The translations under genes were made by a program, and so were the position numbers. Shown here one piece after another: positions 42,205 through 57,114 of a DNA stretch of 64,000 nt. The stretch is from positions 26,846,001 to 26,910,000 of the forward strand of contig OX597840.1 in the NCBI GenBank assembly GCA_951406725.2, read 5' to 3'. Source of the stretch: Octopus vulgaris (taxonomy: Eukaryota). Below the pieces are notes generated by a model. The model saw nothing but the letters and a program-made list of their open reading frames with translations, ran no database searches and was not told the origin of the DNA. Each line of letters begins with the position of its first letter. The stretch's first letter is position 1.

Positions 42205-42406
42205 GATTCGCTAGTCTCTGCAAGCATTTTTTTTTCTCTCCTTGTTTCTTTCTGTGTTTCTTTTCTGTGTATCTTTCTGTCGAAGAGCGTAGGCTCGAAA
42301 CGTAAAAGACTTGTTTTATTTATTTTCCTGAGCGCCATACTAATACAATTGTTTGTTTGTATTCCACCTGCCTTCGTCTTTTGTTTATTTTCATAAAGCT
42401 TCCCGT
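42205..42406 (+). mobile_element. Short Penelope-like pLTR element (family P2)
   Basis: Its 3' tail cctgagcgccatactaatac...aagcttcccgt(ta)n recurs at ~28915-28997 (+) and ~52077-52160 (-). Confidence 0.75.
42272..42309 (+). ncRNA. Minimal hammerhead-like motif, A6U plus extra-A variant
   Basis: UCUUU-CUGUCGA-A-GAGC(guag)GCUC-GAAA-CG-UA-AAAGA: 5-bp helix I, 4-bp helix II, palindromic ACGU. Confidence 0.7.
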
Positions 42407-42449
42407 TATATATATATATATATTTATATATATATGATAGACACACAAC

Positions 42450-42640
42450 GTTCTTCATCCAGATAATTACGAATTTTCTGAACTGACTCCATTCAGACAT
42501 CCTTCTCTCACCGAAAGCTCTCACCCTCTCTCTATCGTCATCGAACCTCTTGTGCCAGTGAAAAGAGTTAATATATAAGATTTACGGAGCATTTCATAAA
42601 TTTCTGAAGTGGCTTGGTGCAAAGCTTTAGTAGAGATCGA
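42450..42640 (-). pseudogene. Possible mariner transposase N-terminal (HTH) remnant
   Basis: ATSEIYEMLRKSY and RAFGERRMSEWSQFRKF loosely resemble mariner N-terminal motifs. Highly degenerate. Confidence 0.35.
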
Positions 42641-42825
42641 GCCTACAAACGTCCCGATTGCATTCTGCAATCTCACCACAAGCGCCAAGCAGGGTTTAGT
42701 TGGTGTGCTCGAAATGGTATAACAGTGATCAGTTTTAGTCTGGAATGCACCACGTGCACACATGTACATATAGGTAGATAGATACTTAGATATAGACACA
42801 GACAGACATACCTATATATATATAT

Positions 42826-42883
<58 letters not shown>

Positions 42884-42891
42884 ACCTTGTG

Positions 42892-43103
42892 TGTGAGACC
42901 TTGTGTGTACCGTTGGCGATTTTTTTTTTCCTCTGTCTTCCCTTCTCTGGATCTTTCCTTCTCCTATGTTTCCGACGAAGAGCTCCGATCGAAACGTTAA
43001 ACCCTCCTTCTTTCCTTCTTTCCTGAGCGTCCAGTAATACTATATTTGCTCCACGTCCTCGCGTTGTTGTGTTTTTTTGTGCTTTGTTGTTTGGATTAAC
43101 TTT
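42892..43103 (+). mobile_element. Short Penelope-like pLTR element (family P1) with mutated hammerhead at 42968-43002
   Basis: GUUU-CCGACGA-A-GAGC(ucc)GAUC-GAAA-CGUU-AAAC. Homologous to 18090-18288. Ends in (TA)n. Confidence 0.75.
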
Positions 43104-43264
43104 ATATATATACATATATACACACACACAAATATACACATATATAAATACATGTGTACGTGTGTATGTGCGTGTGTGTGTGTATATATATACACAAATA
43201 TAATTACCTGTTACACGAAGAATTGTGTAACTATACTATGGCTCTCTCTTTCTCTCCCTTCCTT

Positions 43265-43298
<34 letters not shown>

Positions 43299-43478
43299 CA
43301 TCTATATATATATAGTAAGCCCTGCCAATATACATATATATATATATATATATATATGTATAAATATATATATATAGGAAATTGGTGGTTCATCAACTTT
43401 TAGACATTAAATTATCGTTAACTTATTTATTTATTAAACTGATAATTACAATAACACAACCTCTAACTTTCTTCAAGT

Positions 43479-43511
<33 letters not shown>

Positions 43512-43538
43512 ATATATATACATACATACATACATACA

Positions 43539-43596
<58 letters not shown>

Positions 43597-43629
43597 CGTG
43601 TGGCATGTATGTATAATAATGCCCTCTAT

Positions 43630-43667
<38 letters not shown>

Positions 43668-43706
43668 CGGAAAATTACCAACGAAAAACATTACCAACAT
43701 TACCAT

Positions 43707-43744
<38 letters not shown>

Positions 43745-43842
43745 TGTGCGTGTAAATATATATGTATATATGCATGCAGGTGTGTATGTACACATGTGCA
43801 TATATAAAAATATATATATATATATATATATACACGCACACA

Positions 43843-43903
<61 letters not shown>

Positions 43904-44240
43904 GTATATATATATATATACATATATACATACATACATGTATATTTATCAATTAATTTTTTTACTTATTATTCTCTCAATTTCTTCGTTTGTATATTTA
44001 TAGAAAATGCTTCCGACACTTGTAGACAATTGCCTGATGATTTCTGGGAACGTAAGGGAAATAATCGTATTAACGAAATCTCCCTCGAGGTATATATTAT
44101 GAACTTCCCGCTTCATCGAAATGCACTGAAGTCTCTTAGTTTGATTGGCCTTCTTAACCTTCTCAAAAAGGCATTATATATATATATATATATATAGGTG
44201 TGTGTGTTTGTTTGTGTATGTATGTATGTGTGTGTATATA

Positions 44241-44282
<42 letters not shown>

Positions 44283-44284
44283 TT

Positions 44285-44424
<140 letters not shown>

Positions 44425-44594
44425 TGTGTGTGTTTGTTTGTGTATGTATGTATGTATGTATGTATGTATGTATATATATATATATGTATATATATGCGTG
44501 TGTGTATGCATATACTTTTAATGTTGTCTGTGACATTTTTCTTCGGGCGTTGAACTAAAAATATTCTCTGTGATCGTCCCTGACATCTATCATT

Positions 44595-44675
<81 letters not shown>

Positions 44676-45418
44676 GTTTCTGTGGATAATACTCATATGT
44701 TATAAATGTACATCTGTATCTTGTTATATATATATGCTTGTATGTATGTGTGTGTATATAAGCATGTATGTATGTTTGTGTTAATATACGCGTTTGGTTT
44801 TTGTGTCTGTGCGTCTATATATCGCCCGGCGTTTTCGGCATCGAATCAGTGAACAAAATAATGGTGATATATGAACCGTATTTGTTAAGTCTTTTTACTC
44901 CCGAAACCGTTTTTCTTTTTGTTTCATTTCTTGCGTTCAATAACTGATCGATAAAAGTTGTATCAAACAGAATATCGATTACGCTCGTTATAATTAAAGG
45001 CCAAGCCCCCGTTATGTCCTCTGTGTAATAAATGAAATGAGTTAATGATTTTAAGGATTAACTAATTAAATGATTTTAAGGATTAACTAATTAAATTAAT
45101 CAATTAGAGAGAGAGTGAGAGAGGAATACTACATTATCCCGAGAATAAGCGCGAAGACCGAGTTTTATAAAGATGAGTCGACGAAGCGAAATTTACAAGT
45201 GTTTCTGCCGGGGAAATCTATTTCTACGCATGGTTGATAGTCACTTCCGGTTGAGTGCAAGGTCAAATGTACTATAACGGTAGACAGACGTGGCTGTGTG
45301 TAAGAAGATGGCTTTGCTACCACGTGATTTCGTGTTCAATCCCATCGTGCGGCATTTTGATAAATTCTCTTCCACAGCAGCCTCTGAGCGAAATTGGAAG
45401 ACGGAAACTATGTAAAAG

Positions 45419-45469
<51 letters not shown>

Positions 45470-45474
<5 letters not shown>

Positions 45475-45812
45475 GTTATTTGACTGTGGCCATGCTGGAG
45501 CACCGATTTTAGTCGAGCAATCGACCCCAGGACTTATTCTTTGTAAGCCTAGTACTTATTCTATCGGTCTCTTTTGCCGAAACGCTAAGTTACAGGGACA
45601 TAAACACACCAGCATCGGTTGTCAAGCGATGCTGGGGGGACAAACACGGTCACACAAACACACATACACACATATATACGACGGGCTTCTTTTAGTTTCC
45701 GTCTACCAAATCCACTCACAAGGCTTTGGTCAGCCCGAGGAGGGTATAGTAAAAGACTCTTCCCCAAGGTGAACCCGGAACCATGTGGTTGGTAAGCAAG
45801 CTACTTACCACA
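45470..45812 (-). mobile_element. SINE family B
   Basis: Matches 28097-28541 with small deletions. Confidence 0.88.
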
Positions 45813-46085
45813 CATATATATAAGAAGGTTTGGAGAGGATGTATAGGTATTATATGTTAGAAAAAATAAAGTACTCAGAAATCTGGATAGTTGTACATTT
45901 ACAGATTTTTATCAATATGTTACATGTTTTTATAAATTATATATTAGCGCTTGTATCTACTCTAGTAGATTCTTTAGATTTGAATCTTTTTCAGAAGATT
46001 CGTCTCTTTTTATAGTATTATTGAGTGTGTAGGGGTGGAGAGAGATATTGGATAGTAAAAGAGGGTGAGGAATGGGGAGAAATTG

Positions 46086-46508
46086 AGAGAGTGTATGTGT
46101 GTGTATGTGTGTGTGTGTGTCTGTGTATCTGAAAGGAGAGGCAATGGAAAAGAGAAGGAAAGAAAGAAGTGTTTACATCTATTCAGCTGTTCAATTCTTT
46201 CAATAGATGACAAGTTGGTTAATAAAAGTTATTTTTCAAAAAATTGCCTGGATTTATTATCATCGTCATCCTCAGTGTCCAGTGAGAGAGAGTGTGTATG
46301 TGTGTGTCTGTGTGTGCCTGTGTATCTCAAAGGGGTGTCAATGGAAAAGAGAAGGAAAGAAAGAAGGAATATAGGAAGAAGAAAAGATTGTGTTTACATC
46401 TATACAGCTGCTCAGGTCTTTCAATAGAAGATGACAAGTTGGCTAATAAAAGATATTTTTCAAAAAATTGTCAGGATTTATTATCATCATCATCATCATC
46501 ATCATCCT
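46086..46508. repeat. Diverged tandem duplication (~46086-46272 and ~46285-46508)
   Basis: Shared caatggaaaagagaaggaaagaaagaag, tgtttacatctat, gatgacaagttgg and ttttcaaaaaattg..ggatttattatcatc. Confidence 0.85.
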
Positions 46509-46596
46509 TGTCCAATATTTGATTCATCGTGCTGGTATGGGTTGGAAAATCTGGACGTAAGATTGTTTCTATTCATGTATATGTACATATGTATAG

Positions 46597-46638
<42 letters not shown>

Positions 46639-46725
46639 AATACAAAATTACTGCTTACTTTACAAGAGTGGTCCTTCATCCAGTACAAATCATTACAAAG
46701 ATAGTGATATTTCACCAGTCACAGC

Positions 46726-46803
<78 letters not shown>

Positions 46804-47533
46804 TATATATATATTCTATCTGGTTTCAGCTCACGAGGTGTGGCCATGCTGGGGCAGCGCCATTCGGTGTTGTTACATGATTTTACTTCACGAATGCTTT
46901 TTAGCAATTGACATTTGGTGCATGAGAGAGTTTGATGCAGCAGCCCTCATCTGCATATATATATCGTTTTGGGATTTGGTTTGCAAGATTCTTTATATGA
47001 GTTCGTGTGTTGAAGCATATTCTGTTGTGTCTGGGGAGAGTTATTCTCCTTTAGTGCCTTATAATTTAATACATTCACCGGTAAAATTTCCATTTATTTC
47101 TCATTTTTATTTTCCTAAAATTTCGTTGCGTCTTGCAACCTTTCAGTAGTCAAGACTAGATACATCTGCACTGCCGGATGCTCCTGAACCAGTTGTTGAG
47201 TGCCCCATCCATGAGGAATCAATACTAGATGTGTCGAAATGATTGTCGTGATTAATAATAAATACTCGTATATTCCATCCTCCGTCTTTCATTTGCCAAA
47301 TATATGTATATACATGAATATATAATACTTCCTCCTGGCTCTTTCTCAATTTTCTATTATCCTATCGTCCTGTTTTAGCTTGATATGCCATGTGAGCAGA
47401 GCTCGAAGATTGCGTGAAGGCACCAGCTGGGTTATAAAATTTTGTCTGAGAAGTTTAGCATCGCATGAAACTATTAATAGCTCATAAAATTATTTAGCGT
47501 TTATTAATTTTAAATACTTAAATATATATATAT

Positions 47534-47631
<98 letters not shown>

Positions 47632-47648
47632 ATACAATTCTTGTTAAT

Positions 47649-47699
47649 AGCTTCCTGAAGATTTCTCTTGAATGAAACAGTTCTAGTCCTGTAGAAGCT
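47649..47699 (+). ncRNA. Type-I hammerhead ribozyme-like motif (same family as 11657-11707)
   Basis: AGCUUC-CUGAAGA-U-UUC(ucuu)GAA-U-GAAA-CAG(uucuaguc)CUG-UA-GAAGCU. Differs from the other copy only at N7 and loop II. Sits in an ~85-bp island in (TA)n. Confidence 0.8.
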
Positions 47700-47714
47700 C
47701 CTTCTATATAATAA

Positions 47715-47757
<43 letters not shown>

Positions 47758-48054
47758 AATAAGATGCATACACACATACATGCATACATACATATACGTG
47801 TGTGTGAATATGAGATAGTGATGGAATGTATGTGAGTGGGCGCGGGTGTGTATGTGTGTGTGTCCAACACATTGCAGCCTCAATCATATTTATATATATA
47901 CATATATATATATGCATCTGTGTGTGTGTGTGTATATGTATCCCAAATCAGGCTAATCTAATAAACAACGAAGAGACCGATGATAACGACTATAGTCAGA
48001 ACATCAATATCCACAACAGTAAAAGGAAAAGCAGCAGCAGCAGCTGTGTTACTG

Positions 48055-48127
<73 letters not shown>

Positions 48128-48132
48128 TAGTG

Positions 48133-48172
<40 letters not shown>

Positions 48173-48207
48173 TAGTGGTAGTAGTAGGTAGTGGTAGCGG
48201 TAGTAGT

Positions 48208-48240
<33 letters not shown>

Positions 48241-48248
48241 CTGTAGTG

Positions 48249-48288
<40 letters not shown>

Positions 48289-48362
48289 CTGTAGTGGTAG
48301 CGGTAGTGTTAGTAGTAGTAGTAGTAGTAGTGGTAGTTGTTGTAGTAACGGTAGTGGTAGCG

Positions 48363-48447
<85 letters not shown>

Positions 48448-48480
48448 AAATAGTAGTAGTAGTAGCAGCAGTAGCAGTAA
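48055..48480. repeat. (AGT)n trinucleotide tract
   Basis: Seen directly. Confidence 0.96.
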
Positions 48481-49398
48481 CAATAGCATCAGCATCAAGA
48501 CCATCAGAAGCAACAACAAGAAGACAACAACATCCACAACAACAACAACAGTGTCACTGAGAACAACGTCAGTATTCTTTCTTTTCGATATTTTTTTCCA
48601 CGTTGTTTCTTGTCAGTCATTTTTGCAGAAACCGGAAAAAATCCCCCAAAAATAAAAAAAAATCCATAAAAAAAGGTGTCGACTTCGATTATCAGAACAT
48701 CTGATAAAAAATTCCTCTGAGGAATCACAGCAAAAACTTCCATTTCCAACAGAATCTCTTCTTTCTCCTCATTTCTTTCTCTGCTTCGGTTCTTTTGCTT
48801 TTGTTTATATTTATATTTATTTCATAGAAATTTTATTGGTATTTATTTATTTATATATTTATTTATTTATATATTTATTTATTTATATATTTATTTATTT
48901 ATTTATATATTTATTTATTTATTTATATATTTATTTATATATTTATATATTTATTTATTTATATATTTATTTATTTATATATTTATATTTATTTATTTAT
49001 ATATTTATATATTTATATATTTATCTATTTATTTATATATTTATTTATTTTATTTATTTATTTATACGTTCGTGTTTAATATATATTTCGTTTCTTTTTT
49101 TTTTGTATTTATTTTTACGATAAATCGTATTTCGAAAACTGTTTGTTTGTTTATTTCTTTGCTCGTTCAGATAGAAGCAAAACATGCTACATGGACAGAT
49201 ATATACCCACGCCGTTCTCTCTCTATATATCACTATATATATATCGCTAACTCCATGTCAATCTCCTCTCTTTTTTCCATCACATATATATGTATACACA
49301 CACACAAACACACACATATATATATATACATAGTCAATATCTTCTCTTTCTTCCATATATATATATATATATATATGGTCAATCTCCTCTCTTTTTCC

Positions 49399-49432
<34 letters not shown>

Positions 49433-49442
49433 ATATATATAT

Positions 49443-49482
<40 letters not shown>

Positions 49483-49578
49483 ATGCATACAGAATGTATA
49501 TATATATGTGTGTGTGTGTGTGTGTTTGTATATCATATATTTATCTATATATGTACGTATATGTGTGTGTGTATATAT

Positions 49579-49627
<49 letters not shown>

Positions 49628-50121
49628 TGCGAGATCAGGCATAAATTATAATGGTTATTGACAATGTCTATTTTCAGCATATCTGGCATGAGAATTTTTC
49701 TTTTGCCCTTATTTTATAAGTTATTTATATATATACATGCATATATATGTCTATATATATAAACTCACACACATATATAGATATGTGTGTTTGTCTGTCT
49801 CTCTGTCTGTCTGTGTTTGATTTTATGGCATTTTAATAAAGACATTCTAACGTTAATCCGATGGGTAATTCTACACTTTTGTAGAGTACAGCTTTATCAT
49901 TCTTAAACTAGAATGCAGTTGAAAGTGACCTCGAAGTTTCGGCCAGTTATGTATATAGATATATGTATTTATATTCAGAAATGTGAAAGCGCGTGACTTA
50001 GTGATCAGGAAACATACGTCTCACGATAGCAAGGTCATGAGTTCGAATCCCGGGCGGAGCGTTGTGTCCTTCAGCAAGACACTTTATTTCAGTTTATTGC
50101 TACAGTCCACTCAGCTGGTAA

Positions 50122-50157
<36 letters not shown>

Positions 50158-50300
50158 CCGTGTGTGTGTGTGTTTACTTAAATTCAGCTGAATATCGTAC
50201 TTATCCATAGAATTTCAAAGTAAGGTGATTAAAATCAAAATAAGGTATAATTATACTAATGTGTCCATCTATTCTAATTTAATTAAATTCTATGACTTTG

Positions 50301-50387
50301 TGCAGCTGAAGATTGCTCTACATTTTAAATTGATGTAATGATTGCATTGTTCAAATCAATGGAGTTGCATGAAACGATCGTACTGCA
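50301..50387 (+). ncRNA. Hammerhead ribozyme-like motif with enlarged helix II
   Basis: UGCAG-CUGAAGA-[58 nt: uUGC...GCAu]-GAAA-CGAUCG-UA-CUGCA: canonical core, palindromic ACGAUCGU. (TA)n follows 37 nt downstream. Confidence 0.8.
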
Positions 50388-50774
50388 TTACTTCTGGATA
50401 TCGTTGTTGCTTATTTTGATATATATACATACATACATAATACACACATACATACATACATACATACATACATACATACATACATACATACATACATACA
50501 TACATACATACATACATTATATATATACACAGGCACACATATATATACGTGGGCTTGTGATGTGTTTTATCTTTGTGTGTACACCCGCGCAGAAACACAC
50601 ACACACACACACACATACACATTGCTGTAGACATACATACACACACGTGTTTGCTGCTAATTCTTCCTAAACAGCTTTCAATACCATTCCATCCCTCAAA
50701 TACGTTTATCGTTTCTACAATCTACGAAATCCCAGCTAATCTGTAACTGATGTTTCTGTCTCCGCTTTTCATTA

Positions 50775-50861
<87 letters not shown>

Positions 50862-51405
50862 ATCTCTATCTATCTCTTTCTCCTTCTCTCACTCACTCCT
50901 GTCTCTCTCTCTTTCCATATCTTTCTCCTCGCACTCACCACTCTCTTTCTTTCTATCTCTTTCTACTTCTCTCACTCACCCACCCTCTCTTTCTTTCTAT
51001 CTCTTTCTACTTCTCTCACTCACACTCTCTCTCTTTCCATCTTTTTCTCCTCGCACTCACCCCTCTCTTTCTTTCTATCTCTTTCTCCTTCTCTCACTCA
51101 CCCCCTCTCTCTCTCTTTCCATATCTTTCTCCTCTCATTCACCCCTCTCTTTCTTTCTATCTCTTTCTACTTCTCTCACTCACACTCTCTCTCTTTCTAG
51201 CTCTTTCTCCTTCTCTCACTCACCCCTCTCTTTCCTTCCATCTCTTTCTCCTTCTCTCACTCACCTCCTCTCTCTTTCTATATCTTTGTCCTTCGCTCAC
51301 TCACCCCTCTCTCTTTTTCCATCCTTTTTCCTCTCACTCACCTCTCTCTCACTCTCTCTTTCTCCTTCTCTGACTCACATCTCTCTCTCTCTCTCTCTCT
51401 CTTTC
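50775..51405. repeat. (CT)n-derived pyrimidine-rich minisatellite
   Basis: Recurrent ctttctccttctctcactcaccc-like units. Confidence 0.9.
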
Positions 51406-51439
51406 AATTTTTCATTCATTTATTCTTTCCTTCCTTCAC

Positions 51440-51740
51440 TTTTTTCAGTCATTTGGCGGCGACCATGCTGGAGTACCGCCGTTTGTCAAACAAATCGACC
51501 CCAGGACTTATTCTTTGTAAGCTTAGTACTTAGTTTATCGATCACTAAAACCGAACTGCTAGGATACGGGGACGAAAACACACCAACATCGATTATTAAG
51601 TAATGGTGGGGTACGAACACAGACTCACAAATGCACACACTTACACACACACACATACACCCACACATACGCACACACACACACATATACAGATATATAT
51701 ATATATATATAAAAGACGGGCTTCTTTCAGTTTCCGTCTA
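51440..51740 (-). mobile_element. SINE family B 3' part
   Basis: ccatgctggagtaccgcc, aatcgaccccaggacttattctttgtaag and gacgggcttctttcagtttccgtctac. Confidence 0.8.
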
Positions 51741-51856
51741 CGCAATTCCCTCACACATATTAAATATGTGTGTGTGTGTGTGTATATGTATGAATTTATG
51801 TGTGTGTGTCAAATGACTAAAAGAAGTAAAAGAATGAAATAATATATATATGCTGA

Positions 51857-51893
<37 letters not shown>

Positions 51894-52044
51894 GTATGCA
51901 TGTATGTATGTATGCATGTGTGTATGTGTGAGAGTGTGTGTGAGCATGTATATATGTATATGTATATATATATATATGCATATATATATATATATGCATA
52001 TTTTCATATATATATATACATATATGTATATATATATATATATA

Positions 52045-52079
<35 letters not shown>

Positions 52080-52247
52080 CGGGAAGCTTTATGAAAATAA
52101 ACAAAAGACGAAGGCAGGTGGAGTACAAACAAACAATTGTATTAGTATGGCGCTCAGGAATATAAATAAATATATATACACATGTGTTTATACATAAGTA
52201 TATATATATGTGTGTGTGTCTGTGTGTGTAAACATATATATATATAT

Positions 52248-52304
<57 letters not shown>

Positions 52305-52376
52305 TATATATGCACTTTATGTATATATTGGTAACCTGCAGGATATCTATATAGACATACATACATTCACACACGG

Positions 52377-52413
<37 letters not shown>

Positions 52414-52779
52414 CATACATATACTTTTATAATCTTAAAATCACATGCTCTGGGAACGTTATCATCTTAAATTTGGTTTCACACAATTGTGTGTGTAAGT
52501 GTAGGTATATCTTAGTGAGTAATAATGTGTGTACATGTGTGTGTGTGTGTGTGTGTATGTGTGTGAGGGCGTTAATATGCGTTTGCGTGTATATTTTTCT
52601 ATGTGTGTATACTCATGTGTGTATATATATATAGAGGTTGTGTATGAGTGTGTGCGTACGTGTGTCAGTGTGTTTAGGTTTTGAATTACTGTAAGTGTTC
52701 GAACAACAGGCGACATAAACATTGGAAATGGACAATAAATAGTTCTCCCGCTTCTGTTATAACTATCACCTGCCGAATC

Positions 52780-52908
52780 ACCATCACCATCATCATCATC
52801 ATCATTATCGTCATCTTTTCGACATCGCCATCACCGTCACAATCACCATCATCGTAATCAGCTTCCGTCACTATAACCACCATCACCACTGCCGTCATTA
52901 AAATCGTC

Positions 52909-52940
<32 letters not shown>

Positions 52941-52968
52941 CACCGTCATCATCATCATCATCATGACT

Positions 52969-53002
<34 letters not shown>

Positions 53003-53228
53003 CAATCATCATCATCATCATCATGACCATCACCATCATCATCATCATCATCATGGCCATCATCATCATCATCATCATCACCATCATCACCGTCATCATC
53101 ATCATAATTGTCATTATCGTCATCATCATCATCATCATCACCATATTCATCGTCATCATCATCATAATTGTCATAATCATCATCATCATCATCGTCATCA
53201 TCATCATCACCATCATCACCATCATCAC

Positions 53229-53260
<32 letters not shown>

Positions 53261-53318
53261 CCGTCATCATCATCATAATTGTCATTATCATCATCATCAT
53301 CACCATCATCGTCATCGG

Positions 53319-53356
<38 letters not shown>

Positions 53357-53535
53357 ACGTCGTTGTCTTCGTTGTCATCGTCATCATCATCATCATTACC
53401 ATCATGACTGCCACCACAAACCCACCATCATCAGCCACTTCATCATCTTCTTCCTCCTCCTCCTCCTCCTCCTCCTTCTCCTCCATATCATCATCATCAT
53501 CATCATCGAAGTCGTCGCAGTCATCGTCATCATCA
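52780..53535. repeat. (ATC)n trinucleotide tract
   Basis: Seen directly. Confidence 0.96.
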
Positions 53536-53776
53536 ATCTCCTAGCAATTTGAGCAATTTGATTTTTTTTTTAACAAAAACAGACATTTCGTTTAATCATT
53601 GTTTTGTCGGGGTCACCACACCACCACCACCACCACCATTTCAATTTTTTCCCCCTTTCTCTTCTTTTGTTTCTTCTGTGAAAATCAAGTTGATGCTAAC
53701 TTGCAAATTTACAGCAATTACCAAAGACAGATACATCATCCTCGCAAATATATTTATACATATACATACATACATA

Positions 53777-53838
<62 letters not shown>

Positions 53839-53847
53839 AATGTATAC

Positions 53848-53908
<61 letters not shown>

Positions 53909-54360
53909 TGTATATATACATGTAGATGTAGGTACGTATATATATGTATGTATGTATGCATATATTTTATTTATTAAATTATTGTATGACTGAGCGCCCT
54001 CGCGTCGTTTCGTTTCTTTCCTTTCTCCAAGTAAGTTTATATATATATATATATATATATATGTATACTTTTATATATATATATATATATTATATATATA
54101 ATATATATATATATATACACATATATGTCTCTGTGTGTGTATACGCACACATACATATATATACGTGTATATAGGGATATATAAAAATATATATTTGTGT
54201 ATGTATATACATATATTATGTACTTACATATAAATATATATGTATGTATGTATGTATGTACACACGCACACACATATATACATAATACATACATATATAT
54301 TTATGTATATGTATATATCTGTATATGCATAAATATAAATATACAGGTGTGTATGCAAGT

Positions 54361-54448
<88 letters not shown>

Positions 54449-54553
54449 ATATGTATGTATATATATATATATATATATGCGTATATGTATATATAATATA
54501 TATATATATATGTATGTATATATGTATGTGAATATAGTATATATATATATATA

Positions 54554-54585
<32 letters not shown>

Positions 54586-54601
54586 CATATACTTATGTAT
54601 T

Positions 54602-54632
<31 letters not shown>

Positions 54633-55170
54633 GCATACATACACACCTATATGCATATGCGTGTATGTATATATATAGGTATAGCTATATATATATGATA
54701 TGCAGTAAAATTGCCAACAAAACTTTCGCATAATGATGTTGCTTACGGAATTGTTATTCGTGTTGTTACTGTCGTTGTTATTGCGTTTTGTTGTTGTGAC
54801 GCTGTGATTGTTATGCTTGTTCTACTGCTTATTGTTTCAAGATATTTGTTATTTTTATCGATGTAGAAGAACATGGACGGCGATCGTAAATAACGGTTTT
54901 AACATTTATATTTCATTTATGTATTTACTTACTCGGTACTGTTTGCTTGTTTTAGTCATTAGACTGCGACCAAACTGGAGCAACGTCTTCAAGGGGTTTT
55001 ACATGAATAAACTGGACCGCCGCAGCAATTATTATTATTATTATTTTGTTTTCCAAAGCATGGTGCTTATTCCATCGGTCCCTTTTTGTCAGAGCGCTAG
55101 GTTACACGGACGTAAATAAAAGAAGCATCAATTGTAAAGTGGCGAACTTTATATATGTGTGTGTATATAT

Positions 55171-55215
<45 letters not shown>

Positions 55216-55414
55216 TCGCATACTGAGTGGTAGGAAACAAGCTTCCCTTAAACCACATGGTTCCAGGTTCAGTCCCACTGCCTGGCACCTTGAGCAAGTG
55301 TCTTTTACTGAAACCTCGAGCCGTTCAAAACCTTTTGAGTGGATTTGGTTCACGGAATCTGAAAAAGCCTATCGTATATATATACATGTGTGTTGCCACC
55401 ATGTCATTACATGT

Positions 55415-55647
55415 CTCTCTTTTACTCTCTTTTACTCTCTTTTACTCTTTTACTTGTTTCAGTCATTTGACTGCGGCCATGCTGGAGCACCGCCTTCAGT
55501 CGAGCAACGCGACTCCGGGACTTATTCTTTTGTAAGCCCAGTACTTATTCTATCGGTTTCTTTTTGCCGAACCGCTAAGTGACGGGGATCTAAACACACC
55601 AGCATTGGTTGTCAAGCAATGCTAGGGGGACAGACACAGACACACAA

Positions 55648-55684
<37 letters not shown>

Positions 55685-55855
55685 CATGTATACGACAGGC
55701 TTCTTTCAGTTTCCGTCTACCAAATCCACTCACAAGGCATTGGTCGGCCCGGGGCTATAGCAGAAGACGCTTGCCCAAGATGCCACGCAGTGGGACTGAA
55801 CCCGGAACCATGTGGTTGGTAAACAAGCTACTTACCACACAGCCACTCCTACGCC
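55415..55855 (-). mobile_element. SINE family B, full length
   Basis: Near-identical to 28097-28541. Plus-strand B halves at ~55225-55375 and ~55915-56080 bracket it, suggesting a nested insertion. Confidence 0.92.
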
Positions 55856-56794
55856 TATGTATGTATGTATGTATGCATGTATGTATGTATGTATGTATGC
55901 GTGTGTGAGTGTGTGCTTCTTGGTGTGTTTACGTCCCCGTAATCAAGCGATTCAGCAAAAGATGCCGATAGAACATGTACCGGGTTTACAAAGAATAAAT
56001 CCTGAAGTCGCATTGCTTCGACTAAAAGGCGGTGCTCCAGCATGGCCGCAGTCAAAGGGCTGAAACAAAGTAAACGAATAAAAGAAAAAACGAGTCCATA
56101 GAAACACGTACATGAAATCGAATACGTGACATTGTTTTTTCGTAGCATTCGATTTTATATATGCCATCCGAAATATTATAGCTTTTCCTATTGTTTCCAT
56201 CATATCATTACATGTGCATCGTTTTTATGGTGAGCGTTCTAAGGTTATTGAAAGTCTGGCATTTATAATGTTCTTTTGCGTGATTTTAGTTTTTTCTAAC
56301 ATTTAGTTCGCTTATATCAAACTGTTTCTCAGTTCTTGTTGAAACTTTATACAATTTTTAAATTAATTGAATATATTAATTTCCATTTCCAGAGAAATCG
56401 ATTTGCTTGACATTTGAAACTATTATTCAATTTCGAAAAAATAATTAACAAAATATAAAATATACAAATTTAATTTAAACGATAGTTCAAAGTGTGGTCT
56501 ACCGCAAATATAGAAAAAGAGAAAATGGAAGAAACATAATGAAAAGATGAAAAACCCAAAACGGAAGTGATTAAGTGGTCTTTTGCAAACGTCAAATACG
56601 AAAAGAAAATTATGTCTAAATAGACGCAGGCATAGCTGTGTGAGTAGGCGCAACTGCGACCCTGTGGTGAGAAATTGCTTCCAAACCAACTTAATCCGAG
56701 TTCAATTCCACACTGTGGGATTATCCTTTAATGTAGTCCCGTGCCGACCAAATAATAATAATAATTATAATAATAATAATAATTATTATTATTA

Positions 56795-56904
<110 letters not shown>

Positions 56905-56907
56905 GTA

Positions 56908-56972
<65 letters not shown>

Positions 56973-57036
56973 GATAATAATAATGATAATAATAATGATA
57001 ATAATAATGATAATAATAATAATAATAATAATAATG

Positions 57037-57108
<72 letters not shown>

Positions 57109-57114
57109 GTAATA

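Noticed and set aside
44030-44130. CTGATGA...GAAA possible hammerhead
   Set aside because: I could not form convincing helices I and III around any downstream GAAA.
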